From positions 256,001-320,000 of the forward strand of contig JBFWNU010000002.1 in assembly GCA_050250895.1 (NCBI GenBank): a stretch of DNA of 64,000 nt, given 5' to 3'. Below, piece after piece: positions 18,338 through 27,911 of this stretch (the stretch's first letter is position 1; each line of letters opens with the position of its first letter). The translations under genes and the position numbers were made by a program. This DNA is from Vulcanimicrobiota bacterium (GTDB taxonomy: Bacteria > Vulcanimicrobiota > Xenobia > Xenobiales > JADMJV01). Below the pieces are notes generated by a model. That model saw only the letters and a program-made list of their open reading frames with translations, was not told the DNA's origin and did no database searches.

Positions 18338-19750
18338 ATGACCCAAGACGGCGAGACCATACCGGTCCGACGCGACCACAGCGACGAGGTGGTCCAGACC
18401 TCGCTCGAGCTACGCATTCGGTTTTCCGACCGACCCCGCCAGGTGTTGCCCATCAATCGAGCCAGCTTCGATTTCGCCTTCGAGGGGGGTCCCGAGCTGC
18501 GCTTCACCTTTCAGGCCGGTCAGCTTCGCTTTCAGTGTCAGGGCTCGGCCGGCCGGGTCTATAAAGACGGCCAACTGGTGCGTTCGGGCAAACTCGAAGT
18601 GGGCGGATTTCTCGAGGTCGACAGCCACCGCCTTTTGCTCTGGGATACGGGAGCCCCGGCGGCCTATCTGAGGGGCTACTCGGCTCCTTATTCTAACGAG
18701 ATCTGGCCGCTGGGCCCCGGAGAGCACCCCATCGGGCGACCCGGACGGCGCGACAACACGGTCAGCCTCGACCATCCCACCGTCTCGAGGGCTCACGCCA
18801 CCATCTCGGCCGACCCTGACGGCGGCTATCGGTTACTGGCCGAATCCGCCACCAATCCCGTTTGCTGGCGCGGCCAGGAAGTCGAGCCGGGAGCTACTCG
18901 CGAGTTGCACCACGGCGACTTGCTCGAGATCGGCGAGCTGGTGTTGCGCTTTCATCAACCGGCCGGCGGGCTGGCGGCCCAGCACGAAGGGGCTGCTCTG
19001 AGGGTGCGCTCGCTGGGCGGCCTGACCGTCGAACTGGGGGGCACCCAGATTCTCGACAAGACCTGGAAGACCCAATACATCAAGTGGATGTTCGCGCTGC
19101 TGGCTCACCACTGGGATCAACCCATCGGCATCGAGGTGTTGACCGAGGCTTTGTGGCCCGACTCTGACCCCAGAAAAGCCCGTAACAACCTCAAGTTCAG
19201 CCTGTCGTCCCTGCGGGCCACCCTGCGCGCCCATCTGCCCGAAGATCTCAAGAGCACCGAGGTGGTAGCCCGCAGCAGTTCGTCCTTGCAACTCAACCCC
19301 GATCTGCTCGAGCATCACGATGCGGTCGAGTTGCGCCGGTTGGCCCAGGCGACAGGTTCCGAGCACGACCCCAGCTGGGACCAGGCGGCTACCCGCGTGG
19401 TGCTGGGCTATGCCGGGCCGTTCTTGCCGGCCTGCTATATGGAGTGGGCCGTGACCGCTCGCCAAACGATCGAGGGCCAGGTCTTGAGCATCGCTCGAAC
19501 GCTGCTGGGGCGACTGGAGCAATCTCAGCAGTGGGAGGCGGTGGTGCCTCTGGGCAACCAGGTCTTGACGATCGACCCGCACGCCCAATGGGCCTGTCTG
19601 TTGGCGATGCAGGCTCTGCGCCACACCCATCGAGCCAGCCAGGCCATCAAGCTCTTCGAACGCTGTCGCAAGACCTGGATGAAAGAGTTGGGAGCCGAGC
19701 CCGAACTCGACCTGTTGCGGGAGCATCAACTGGCGCTAGGATTAGTCTGA
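18338..19750 (+). CDS. FHA plus SARP/BTAD transcriptional activator
   Basis: FHA motifs IGR, VSRAHA, LHHGDLLEIG; then LRVRSLG, EALWPD, YAGPFLPAC..EW, ELGAEP BTAD signature. Confidence 0.85.
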   Translation: MTQDGETIPVRRDHSDEVVQTSLELRIRFSDRPRQVLPINRASFDFAFEGGPELRFTFQAGQLRFQCQGSAGRVYKDGQLVRSGKLEVGGFLEVDSHRLLLWDTGAPAAYLRGYSAPYSNEIWPLGPGEHPIGRPGRRDNTVSLDHPTVSRAHATISADPDGGYRLLAESATNPVCWRGQEVEPGATRELHHGDLLEIGELVLRFHQPAGGLAAQHEGAALRVRSLGGLTVELGGTQILDKTWKTQYIKWMFALLAHHWDQPIGIEVLTEALWPDSDPRKARNNLKFSLSSLRATLRAHLPEDLKSTEVVARSSSSLQLNPDLLEHHDAVELRRLAQATGSEHDPSWDQAATRVVLGYAGPFLPACYMEWAVTARQTIEGQVLSIARTLLGRLEQSQQWEAVVPLGNQVLTIDPHAQWACLLAMQALRHTHRASQAIKLFERCRKTWMKELGAEPELDLLREHQLALGLV

Positions 19751-21091
19751 GGGGCGCTGGACTTCCATGGTCGCCTGATGGGAACCGGCACCCTCGATTT
19801 CGTCGAGCGCTTCGATGACCCGGCGGGCGCTCGAGTAGCGGTTGGCCGGGTTCTTGGCCAGCAACACCTTGATGACCCCCTCCAGGCCTTCGGGCAGCCC
19901 TTGGACGACCAGTGGCGGCGGGGGCTCGTTGAGCTGCATCTTCAGGAGGGTGCGAGTGTCCTCGCTAAAAAACGGCGGCTTGCCGGCCAGCAACTCATAG
20001 AGAATGACTCCCACGCTATAGAGGTCGGTGCGCCGATCCACTTCGCTGCCGCTGGCGTGAATCTGCTCGGGGGCGATGTATTGCGGGGTTCCGAAGGCCT
20101 GACCGGTCTTGGTGACGGCCGTGATATCGCTATGGCGGGCCAGACCGAAGTCGAGAATCTTGACCTGATTGCCCTCGACCATGATGTTCTCGGGCTTGAG
20201 GTCGCGATGGACGATACCCTTTTCGTGAGCAAAGTCGAGCCCCTCGAGCAATTGGCGGATGAAGGGATAAACCGACGACCAGGCCTGACCCTCGGGGCGC
20301 ACGTATTTGCGCAGGGTGCTGCCCCTCACGAACTCCATGATGCAATAGGCCAGACCGGGCTGTTCTTGATAGTCGAAACTGCGCGGAAAGGTGGGGTGTT
20401 TGAGTTGGCTCAGCAGCTTGAACTCGCGCCGGAATCGATCCAGCGACACCCCGCTTTCTTCATCCAGGTAGATGACCTTGGCCGCAAAGTCGCCCACGTC
20501 ATTTTTGACGCGATAGACCGCTCCCATGCCGCCCTGTCCCAGGCGGGCCTCGACCCGATAGCGTCCCAGATTCTTGCCCACCATGGGATCGCCGCTGGTG
20601 TCGAGCATGGTCGACAACACCTCGAGCTGGGCGGCGCCGCGGTGGGCCTGTTTGCGCCAGCGCAAGGTAGCTATCAGGCCCGCGAGCAGCACCAGCAGCC
20701 CGCCCAGAAATAGTCCGGGATGGGCTGTGAGCAGATCGACGGCCGCAACCATCGGCGAATCGGCCGGCAGACGATAGCTGCCCTGGGGCGGCAGGCGACC
20801 CCGGGCCCAATCCTGAGCGGCCACGGTTACCCGCAGCTCGGCGTGGTTCGGAGCTTTGAGCACCAGCTCGCCGGCGGCATACTGGGTAGGCTTGCCATCG
20901 GGGCCCCGCAACACCGGGGGAGAGCAGCGGATGGGTTCGCCCGAACGACCCAGAAAGCTCAGTCCGGTTGGCGTGTCGAGATAGACTTCGCAGGCTGGAA
21001 AAGCCGCGACCGAGAGTTCGATCTCGTCAGGTACGGCCCGAGCCGGATAGGCCAAAGCCAACCACAACACCAGCAGGGCCAGAGGTCTCAT
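19742..21091 (-). CDS. Membrane-anchored Hanks-type Ser/Thr protein kinase
   Basis: Signal peptide from ATG 21091, TM, GQGGMGAVY, HRDLKPEN, DFG, GTPQYIAPE. Confidence 0.93.
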   Translation of the reverse strand: MRPLALLVLWLALAYPARAVPDEIELSVAAFPACEVYLDTPTGLSFLGRSGEPIRCSPPVLRGPDGKPTQYAAGELVLKAPNHAELRVTVAAQDWARGRLPPQGSYRLPADSPMVAAVDLLTAHPGLFLGGLLVLLAGLIATLRWRKQAHRGAAQLEVLSTMLDTSGDPMVGKNLGRYRVEARLGQGGMGAVYRVKNDVGDFAAKVIYLDEESGVSLDRFRREFKLLSQLKHPTFPRSFDYQEQPGLAYCIMEFVRGSTLRKYVRPEGQAWSSVYPFIRQLLEGLDFAHEKGIVHRDLKPENIMVEGNQVKILDFGLARHSDITAVTKTGQAFGTPQYIAPEQIHASGSEVDRRTDLYSVGVILYELLAGKPPFFSEDTRTLLKMQLNEPPPPLVVQGLPEGLEGVIKVLLAKNPANRYSSARRVIEALDEIEGAGSHQATMEVQRPSD

Positions 21092-21720
21092 TGGTGGTTG
21101 CGCGGATGGATCAACTTCACGGCTCGTAGGTGCTCCCTGGAGGGGCCATTTTGATGTTCGTTGGCGGGCACCTCCAACTCGACCTCGATGCGAAAGAGGG
21201 GGCCGGGCTCGAGGCTGACCCGAAAATCGGTCACCTGCTCGGCCAGCAGATGTCCGTTGACCAGGTTGGGGCCGGGAAGCACCGCCTGCAGCACCTGGTC
21301 GCATTCGGCCACCGTCATGGCCTGAACATCGTCCTGGGTAGGAGCAGCCGCCGCGGCGGACGGGCTCGAGGTAGTGTAGAGTCGTCCGCTGCCCGCGTCC
21401 CAGACGACACACTCCCAGTGGTCCAGCCAGCGCGGAGCACCAGGGAAAGCACCGGCCTCGAAGGGATGAACAGCCAGAATCCCACCATCGGGACTGGTGC
21501 CGCGATAAAACGTCATGCCCGCAGCCGAGGAGTTGAATAACATTTCTTCGACCTGATGCATCGCCGCTTGCAGTCGGGCCGCGGCCAGACTCTCCTGGGT
21601 CTGCTTCTGGGTCAGCTTGGAAGTCGACACAAGCACCTGGCTGACCACCACCATGACGATGGCGGCCAGGCCCAGTCCTACCACTGCTTCGATAATGGTC
21701 CAGCCGCCTCGGCGACTCAC
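21088..21720 (-). CDS. Minor pilin/pseudopilin (PilW/PulJ-like)
   Basis: Class III signal RRGG|WTIIE followed by a hydrophobic helix. Confidence 0.8.
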   Translation of the reverse strand: MSRRGGWTIIEAVVGLGLAAIVMVVVSQVLVSTSKLTQKQTQESLAAARLQAAMHQVEEMLFNSSAAGMTFYRGTSPDGGILAVHPFEAGAFPGAPRWLDHWECVVWDAGSGRLYTTSSPSAAAAAPTQDDVQAMTVAECDQVLQAVLPGPNLVNGHLLAEQVTDFRVSLEPGPLFRIEVELEVPANEHQNGPSREHLRAVKLIHPRNHQ

Positions 21721-22133
21721 CGCGGAATCCTCGTCAAGAGTCCCTCGGCCAGCGCCTGGTGCGAGCCGCTGTTGTCGCCCCAGCTGAGTCGAACCCGCAT
21801 CCCGCGAATGTCGTCGTCACCGAGCCCGGTAGCGATGCCGTTACCGCCCAGGCTATAGGTCTCGAGTTCGATCAAATAGGGCGTTCCATCGCTGAGTTGG
21901 CCCGAGATGTCGGGCAGGGGACCCAGCGGCAACAGCGATGGCGACACGGCTTGATAGTGTTCGAGGGTGCTCTGAGCCACGCAGTTGGCGTCATAGCGGG
22001 CCCGACCCGTCCGGCCGCCGCGGCCGGTTTGAGCCGTCATGGCAGCGACTAGCAACAGCACCAGCCCAAGCAGGCCAATGGACACGACCTGTTCGAGCAA
22101 GATGGCCCCCAGTCGTCTTAGAGATCTCGCCAC
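21717..22133 (-). CDS. Minor pilin (PilV-like)
   Basis: RRLG|AILLE prepilin motif; C-terminal VRLSW strand. Confidence 0.75.
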   Translation of the reverse strand: MARSLRRLGAILLEQVVSIGLLGLVLLLVAAMTAQTGRGGRTGRARYDANCVAQSTLEHYQAVSPSLLPLGPLPDISGQLSDGTPYLIELETYSLGGNGIATGLGDDDIRGMRVRLSWGDNSGSHQALAEGLLTRIPR

Positions 22134-24046
22134 GACAGGATCCTGATACGGTCGGCCAGATTATAGAACTGGCTCAGATCGAGTTGCCACATGATGACCA
22201 TCGGCACCAGCGGGCCGGTCCCGGTCCCGCTGACTACTGCCTCGCCCAGGGCCCGGCTGTTGGCGTTCCAGGTGGTGACGAACTCGGGCGCGGTGTCCAC
22301 TACGTGCTGGGCAGCCGCGTCCAAGAAGGCGTCGGTGGCTGCGTCAGCATTGGGCGATCCCCAGTCGTTGGCCACCGACACCAGGGCCGCACGGGCGCTG
22401 GCCCGGTCGGTGAAATCGCCCAGGAAGGCGTCCTGCCAGCCCTCGCCGTTGGCGTCGACAGTATCGGCGGGTCCGGCTGGATTGGGATTGTTGATGCGAA
22501 TGCTTCCCAGCGTGATGGGGTCGGCCGGCATCGGGCTGGGCACGCCGATCTCGTACCACGGTTCGGCCGCCGTGGGAGGATGAGTGACCGGATAGCCGTT
22601 TGGGGGCGTGGAGTAATCCTCGCGCGGCCCGTTCATGTTGGCGGTGAAGAGGACTGGAGCGGTGCTACCGGTGCTGCCGACGTCCTGGGTAATTGGAGCC
22701 ACTCCAAATCCGTAAGGGTCCCCCATCGTCATCAGGTTGGCATGGAGAGTGGGGGGCAAGGGCGTCAGCCCGCCGGTCGGACCCGGCACCATGGTCGTCA
22801 CGGGTACGCTGATCGAGCCGATGTCGGCGCTTTCCACCAGCGTCGACTCTTCCAGCTTCACGCTGCCGTTGGGGTTGGGATTGTTGACCACCACCGACCC
22901 GGCCACGTTGGTGAAGCGGGCCAGCAGGTTTCCTTCGGTGTAGAGCAGTCCGCGAAAGTCGGCTTCCTGAACGTCAGAGGTGCCCTCCAGATTGATGTTA
23001 CCCCCGGCCACCACGGCCGTGCCCGACGACCCGGTCAAAGCGCCCCCGCCGCGCACCGTCACCGGACCGGTGGCGATGACCGCGCCGCTGCCACTTAAGC
23101 CGCCATCGACGGTGACACCGCCGTCGACATAGACGATACCTCCGTCAAGGGCCAGGCCTCCGCTGATGGTAAGATCGCCCGAGCGGCGGTGAAAGCCGGA
23201 AAGGGTGGTCGCCCCCAGCGACCCGCTCGAAATGACGCTGACCCCGGGCCGGCTGGCCGTGTCCAGAGTGGCGATGTCGATCTGAGGCAAGGGCACCAAA
23301 TCGGCCATCGACCGTTGCTCGCCGCGAACCTCGACGCCGGGAGCAACGTCCACGGTCCCTCGCGACTGGGCGTCTCCCTCGATGATGGTGGACGTTCCCC
23401 CGATCAGCTTAAGCGACGGTTCGGTCTGGTCCGGAGCATTGGTAACGATATGGCCGGGCTCTCGCTGGTTGGGAGGCACGGCAAAGCCGCCGTTGAGGGC
23501 GGTCGGGTCCGACACCCCAAAGACGTGCAGTTTGTCGCCCGTGATCGAGACGCTCGAAGAGACGACGTAGGGAAACCTGGGAACATGCAAGATGACCTCG
23601 AGCTTGTGCTCACGGCCACGGTAGCGTCCGACTCCCACCAGGTTGGCCGTCTGGGCTCGGACCACCGTGCTGCCCCAGCCCGGCCGGTCGCCTCCGCCGT
23701 TGAGGTTGTTGACGCTCAGGGGTACTCCCAGGCGTCCGGCCTCGCCAGAATCCAGCGCCACCGCCCCGATGGCGCCGGGATAACTGGGTAGACTGACCTC
23801 GACGCTGGGAAGGCTGCTGCCATCCAGGAGGGGGTCCTGCAAGAGCCGCGCGACGGTCGCCTGAACGGCGCTCTCGGCCAGTCGGCGGGCCCCGTCGCGG
23901 GCGTTATCCTGATGAGTGAGGCCAAGTTGGAACAAAGTGGCAGCGCTGGCCACCGCCAGCACTCCCACCACCAACACCAGGATCACCAGCACGTTGGATA
24001 GCGTTCCCCGTGTTCCCCAACCTGTCAGGCGCGTTCCCCCAAGCAT
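22118..24046 (-). CDS. Large PilX/GspK-like pilin with beta-helix-like repeats
   Basis: RG|TLSNVLV without E5, A..LAES.V motif, G(I/A)VYVDG/GLLYTEG repeats. ATG 24046 lies 7 nt after TGnTATAAT. Confidence 0.75.
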   Translation of the reverse strand: MLGGTRLTGWGTRGTLSNVLVILVLVVGVLAVASAATLFQLGLTHQDNARDGARRLAESAVQATVARLLQDPLLDGSSLPSVEVSLPSYPGAIGAVALDSGEAGRLGVPLSVNNLNGGGDRPGWGSTVVRAQTANLVGVGRYRGREHKLEVILHVPRFPYVVSSSVSITGDKLHVFGVSDPTALNGGFAVPPNQREPGHIVTNAPDQTEPSLKLIGGTSTIIEGDAQSRGTVDVAPGVEVRGEQRSMADLVPLPQIDIATLDTASRPGVSVISSGSLGATTLSGFHRRSGDLTISGGLALDGGIVYVDGGVTVDGGLSGSGAVIATGPVTVRGGGALTGSSGTAVVAGGNINLEGTSDVQEADFRGLLYTEGNLLARFTNVAGSVVVNNPNPNGSVKLEESTLVESADIGSISVPVTTMVPGPTGGLTPLPPTLHANLMTMGDPYGFGVAPITQDVGSTGSTAPVLFTANMNGPREDYSTPPNGYPVTHPPTAAEPWYEIGVPSPMPADPITLGSIRINNPNPAGPADTVDANGEGWQDAFLGDFTDRASARAALVSVANDWGSPNADAATDAFLDAAAQHVVDTAPEFVTTWNANSRALGEAVVSGTGTGPLVPMVIMWQLDLSQFYNLADRIRILSWRDL

Positions 24047-24072
24047 GGATCGAATTATAGCATGGCTTTGGG

Positions 24073-24969
24073 TCAGTTTTCCGGCATCCATCCCCACTTA
24101 GGGTCATTGCCGCCAGCCCCGACCACCACGTCGACCACGGCTCCGTTGGGAAACTTCAGCTTGTCGAGACGCTGCGGGTGCTCGAGCAGTTGCACTCCGG
24201 GAAAGCGCTCCTGCAGTTCGGGCATCGCCTGGCGGACACCCTCGTTGGTCGGCGGATACTTGCTCAAGATAGCTATCACCGCGGCTCGGTCGATAGAGTT
24301 GCCCAGCGGGGTAGCCTTCGGGCCCTGGGCCGTGCTCGGGGCGAAGCTGGCCGCACCGGACGAGGCGTTGCCGTTGGAGTTGCCCCCGGTCTGGCCGGTG
24401 GCCGCCGCCCATTGCTTGGAGTTGGCCGTGGGTTGGGCCGTGCCTTTACCCTCGGAGCCCCACCACCAGCCGGGGTTGTCGCTGCCAGCGCCGCGGACCA
24501 CATCGACCCATTCATAGCCGACCTCGGTCTTGACCTGAATCCGGTCGCCCTCGACCCCGACCACCTCCAGACCGGCCGCCCGCAACTCGGGCAGCATGGC
24601 CGTCAGCAGTTGTTCGGCTTTGGCCTTGTCGCCCTGCACGCTGTCGAGCTTGTAGTGCTGGGCCACCCGCCCGAAGATGTACTTGGGCGTCTTATGGTCA
24701 GGATTGTTCAGCTTGTTGGAGTCGTAGCCCTCGAGCGGCACCGTTTCGTCGGTGCGAAAGGCGTTGCCAGAAGCGGGCTGGCCCAGCGCCTCCGAGAGCA
24801 CCTCGCGTACACCGGTGTTGGTGGTAAAAGACACGGCGCGACTGGAGAAGGCTCCTTCGTTGAGGGCCTCGGTGCTGGCGTTGCTGTTCTGATTGAACTG
24901 GGGAGCGCTGTCCACGCGAGTGAAGGTGCGGGGCTGGCTCTCTCTGAGGGTGGCTGATGAGACGTTCAT
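24073..24969 (-). CDS. Hypothetical protein with a duplicated domain
   Basis: GGAGG RBS. Repeat units MLPELRAAG..DRIQV..WVDVVRGAG..PGWWW and AMPELQERF..DKLKF..VVDVVVGAG..PKWGW. Confidence 0.8.
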   Translation of the reverse strand: MNVSSATLRESQPRTFTRVDSAPQFNQNSNASTEALNEGAFSSRAVSFTTNTGVREVLSEALGQPASGNAFRTDETVPLEGYDSNKLNNPDHKTPKYIFGRVAQHYKLDSVQGDKAKAEQLLTAMLPELRAAGLEVVGVEGDRIQVKTEVGYEWVDVVRGAGSDNPGWWWGSEGKGTAQPTANSKQWAAATGQTGGNSNGNASSGAASFAPSTAQGPKATPLGNSIDRAAVIAILSKYPPTNEGVRQAMPELQERFPGVQLLEHPQRLDKLKFPNGAVVDVVVGAGGNDPKWGWMPEN

Positions 24970-25160
24970 TCCTGGATTCCTCCTGCTTTACCACCACTCT
25001 AGCCGGGGCGGGATAGACCAGGGTTAGAAACGCGCCTTCGGTGTAAATTGCTCTGGTCAGGGACGCTTTGGCTTTTCAAACCCCCGCCGAGAGGTGTAGG
25101 GAGTGTGTGATAGACAGGCCGGGCCGGAGGTGGCATACTATCACATCATCCGGAGATGGG

Positions 25161-25188
25161 GACCACGTCGAACCTGACATAGCTGCGC
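25161..25188 (+). repeat. 28-bp direct repeat, copy 1
   Basis: GACCACGTCGAACCTGACATAGCTGCGC; 25/28 identical to 27884-27911. Confidence 0.85.
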
Positions 25189-25267
25189 GCGAGAGGAGCG
25201 CCCCAGGGGCGAGGCTCAGCGACCCCATCGACGGGAAAGAGACCGGGTCACTTTCCGCCGCCGCAAC

Positions 25268-26326
25268 TTAGCCGGCTCGAGCCCATTCCAGCAGCCATTC
25301 CAATAGCCCGCTCTCTCGCTGGCGTTCGAGATCACGTCCGCGACGGTCGCGCCAGACCAGCCCCTGGGGAGCAACCCCGCTCACTTGCAGGATCCCTTTG
25401 TGGATGTTCTTGTGGCAGCGCGAGCACACTACCACCAGATTCTCGGGCACCGTCGGTCCGCCCCGACAGTAAAAGACTACGTGATGCACGTCGAGCCAGA
25501 GTCGATTGGGGCAACCCGGACAAGAGCAGCGATAGCCATCCCGCCGCAGCACTGCCCGGCGCTGGGCGGCAGTCGCCTGACGCTTGCTGGGATTGAACCT
25601 CAACCGTCCGGCCAACTGCAACTTCGACTCGCCCGGACACACGTGTGTCTGCATTGCCAGCGCCTCGACCGGAGCGGCCAGGTCCTGGGTTGCCTCAACC
25701 TTGAACTGCTCCACCTGCCCGCCCAGAAAGTCCGCCAGGATCAGCTCGAACGCCTCGGCCGGGTTGACCGTGCCGCCATTGTCTCTCGAGATCACGGCCA
25801 CGGCTCGCGACCACAGCTCGGACACTTCAGGAGCGACTCGAAAACGAAGCTCCACCTCTTCAACCATGTTCAGGGCCGCCTCGGCCGGAGTGTCACCGCG
25901 GTTGGCCCCGGCCACCAGACGAGCCAGCCGGTGGGGTTTGAGGCGCACTGCCAGGTCAAGCCAGGCCTCTTCGGTCTCGGGCGTCACGATGCGGGTGACC
26001 ACACGCAGATTGGACCAGCAGATTCTGTTCTCTTCGCAGGCTTGGGAAAACAGCGGCAGCTCTTCGAGATGGCCGGCGATCCGCATCGAATCTAGTGCCT
26101 CGCGCTTCTCGACTTTGATGAGCCGGGCGAAGTGGATAGCCGAATGGCAGCCGGTCTCGGCGCAAAAATCGGTGCGCTCGATAGCCAACAGACATCGCCC
26201 CAGCAGGATGCGAGTCAGGGCCAGGGTGTTGGCCAGGCGACGGATCACCCTTTCCAGCCGCTCGTGAGGGAGCTTGCTCAAGTTTTCGACGGTCCAAAAT
26301 TCGCGTTGCTTATCATCGGTAATCAT
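25268..26326 (-). CDS. DUF222-like plus HNH endonuclease
   Basis: RDGYRCxxPGC...DVHH...GG.T..ENL..VCSRCH motif. Likely start is ATG 26326, 6 nt after TATCAT. Confidence 0.88.
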   Translation of the reverse strand: MITDDKQREFWTVENLSKLPHERLERVIRRLANTLALTRILLGRCLLAIERTDFCAETGCHSAIHFARLIKVEKREALDSMRIAGHLEELPLFSQACEENRICWSNLRVVTRIVTPETEEAWLDLAVRLKPHRLARLVAGANRGDTPAEAALNMVEEVELRFRVAPEVSELWSRAVAVISRDNGGTVNPAEAFELILADFLGGQVEQFKVEATQDLAAPVEALAMQTHVCPGESKLQLAGRLRFNPSKRQATAAQRRAVLRRDGYRCSCPGCPNRLWLDVHHVVFYCRGGPTVPENLVVVCSRCHKNIHKGILQVSGVAPQGLVWRDRRGRDLERQRESGLLEWLLEWARAG

Positions 26327-26332
26327 GAATCC

Positions 26333-26362
26333 ATGATAGTCTTTGCCCCCCTTGTTCGTCAA
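26333..26362 (-). promoter_or_regulatory. Sigma70-like promoter, probably leaderless, for HNH gene 1
   Basis: TTGACG-N18-TATCAT-N6-ATG. Confidence 0.6.
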
Positions 26363-26658
26363 AGATTCGATGCGGCTATAACCCTTATTTCATAGGCGAT
26401 TGCGCATTTTCTGAGCGATGATTATTCGAGCTTTTCGAGGCCAAAATGAAGATTTCTTCAAGCTCGGCTGTTCAAGTGCCTGAGGGGGTCCTGGAGAGGC
26501 TGTCACGAGCAGTCTAGGGGCCAGGCTCCTCCGAGGCGGTTGGGCGGCCGCATCTGAAAAATTTTTGACACACGTGTGCGCGGAGGGGGTTAGGGTCCTC
26601 GACCCGAGCCGGACGCGAGCGACGACCGTCCGGGCCTCGAACGGGGCGACTTCCAAGG

Positions 26659-27466
26659 CCGAAGACCTACGTGGGTGGCCTGGGCGTCCACGATGACACC
26701 GCCGACACCGGCTTGCTGTAGATGCGACAGCGGCACTACGACCCGACCTTGGCCAGGTTCTTGAGCCGGGACCGGGTGGCGAATCTGAATCGTTATGTCT
26801 ATGCCTTGGACAATCCGATTGGTCGAGTTGACCCAGGAGGGCTCGACCCAGTTACCACTGCCGCCGGCGTTGGACGGGCTCTCGCCCAGGGTTTAGCACC
26901 ATTGAGACCTGCATTGAAAGCAGGCAAGGACACTTTCGTGGCCACCCCTGGGCCTCCACAAGTTAGGCTTGGAGCAGCAATCTTCGCGTCCCTAATTGTT
27001 CTTAGCTTGGAAACAATGGCGTCGGCTCCCCCACCTAGCGGGAGCGTCTCTCCTGACCCAATGACCGCCACGGTGACATGTTCTCAGAGTCCTTAAGAAA
27101 ACAGGGGCGGCTTTCGTCGGAAGAGAGGGACTGTCCCAGACCATTTGCACTAGGACGTTTCCAGTTCCTTGAAGATTTCGCTCGGCGAACGAATTCGGAT
27201 TGGCTCGGATGGAGCCCCGGTGCCGCATGGAAGGCGAAAGTCTTCAGCAAGCTGAACGACCCCGGCAGAAGATATACTTCAACATGGAGGAAGCGACTGA
27301 GCAGGACTTAGTCAGGGCACTTGAGACGAAGCCCAGCAAACGAAGCGGTCTCCAAACTGAGCTATACTGGATCAACCAGCACTACGATGATTGGGCCGAT
27401 CGTCTCTATTGGTATAACGGTGACAACTTGTTCGAGGACGGATACAACGAAATGGGGGAAATATGA
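26659..27466 (+). pseudogene. Orphan Rhs core tip with C-terminal toxin, degraded
   Basis: KTYVGGLGV..DTGLL*MRQRHYDP..RFLSRD..N.YVYA.DNP..DPGG, with TAG at 26719-21 where Tyr is expected. The toxin continues through two frameshifts. Confidence 0.8.
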
Positions 27467-27849
27467 GTCTAAAGAGAATCGGTCACGCCGCCAACGAAAC
27501 CTTGGAGGACTTCTATGTCAAGTGCGGCTTCAGCCAGATGGTTGAATTTGTCAAATCCTTAGACAGGAAGCTTGGTAGCAGGAAAGTCTTCTGTCTCACA
27601 TCAGTTAACGACCTCGTCCTTCTAAGTGAACCCGACCACCTTTCCCCCTGGCGGGTTTTTATCTCCCCGCAAGATCCAGTCCCCGGGATACAGGTATCAT
27701 ATTGGATGCCCGCTAGTTTGGCTCCGTGGCAGGGAGCCCGGGTGACTGGCTTGGCCGATAATGTAGAGGATGCGGTTGAGATGACAATTCTGTCAATGGC
27801 CCATTCCGGGGGCTGGGCTGAGCAAGGACTACAAGGGAGAAGGGCGTGA
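27463..27849 (+). CDS. Putative immunity protein of the Rhs toxin
   Basis: ATGA overlap with the toxin stop; 128 aa; lower GC than flanks. Confidence 0.6.
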   Translation: MSLKRIGHAANETLEDFYVKCGFSQMVEFVKSLDRKLGSRKVFCLTSVNDLVLLSEPDHLSPWRVFISPQDPVPGIQVSYWMPASLAPWQGARVTGLADNVEDAVEMTILSMAHSGGWAEQGLQGRRA

Positions 27850-27883
27850 CCGTGGCTGAAAGGGGCGCAATTCTCAATTCTCA

Positions 27884-27911
27884 GACCAAATCGAACCTGA
27901 CATAACTGCGC
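27884..27911 (+). repeat. 28-bp direct repeat, copy 2
   Basis: GACCAAATCGAACCTGACATAACTGCGC. Confidence 0.85.

Noticed and set aside
25161-27911. GGTTCGA in the direct repeats as a tRNA remnant, dif site or attC site
   Set aside because: No cloverleaf, no XerC/XerD dyad and no attC-type inverted core.
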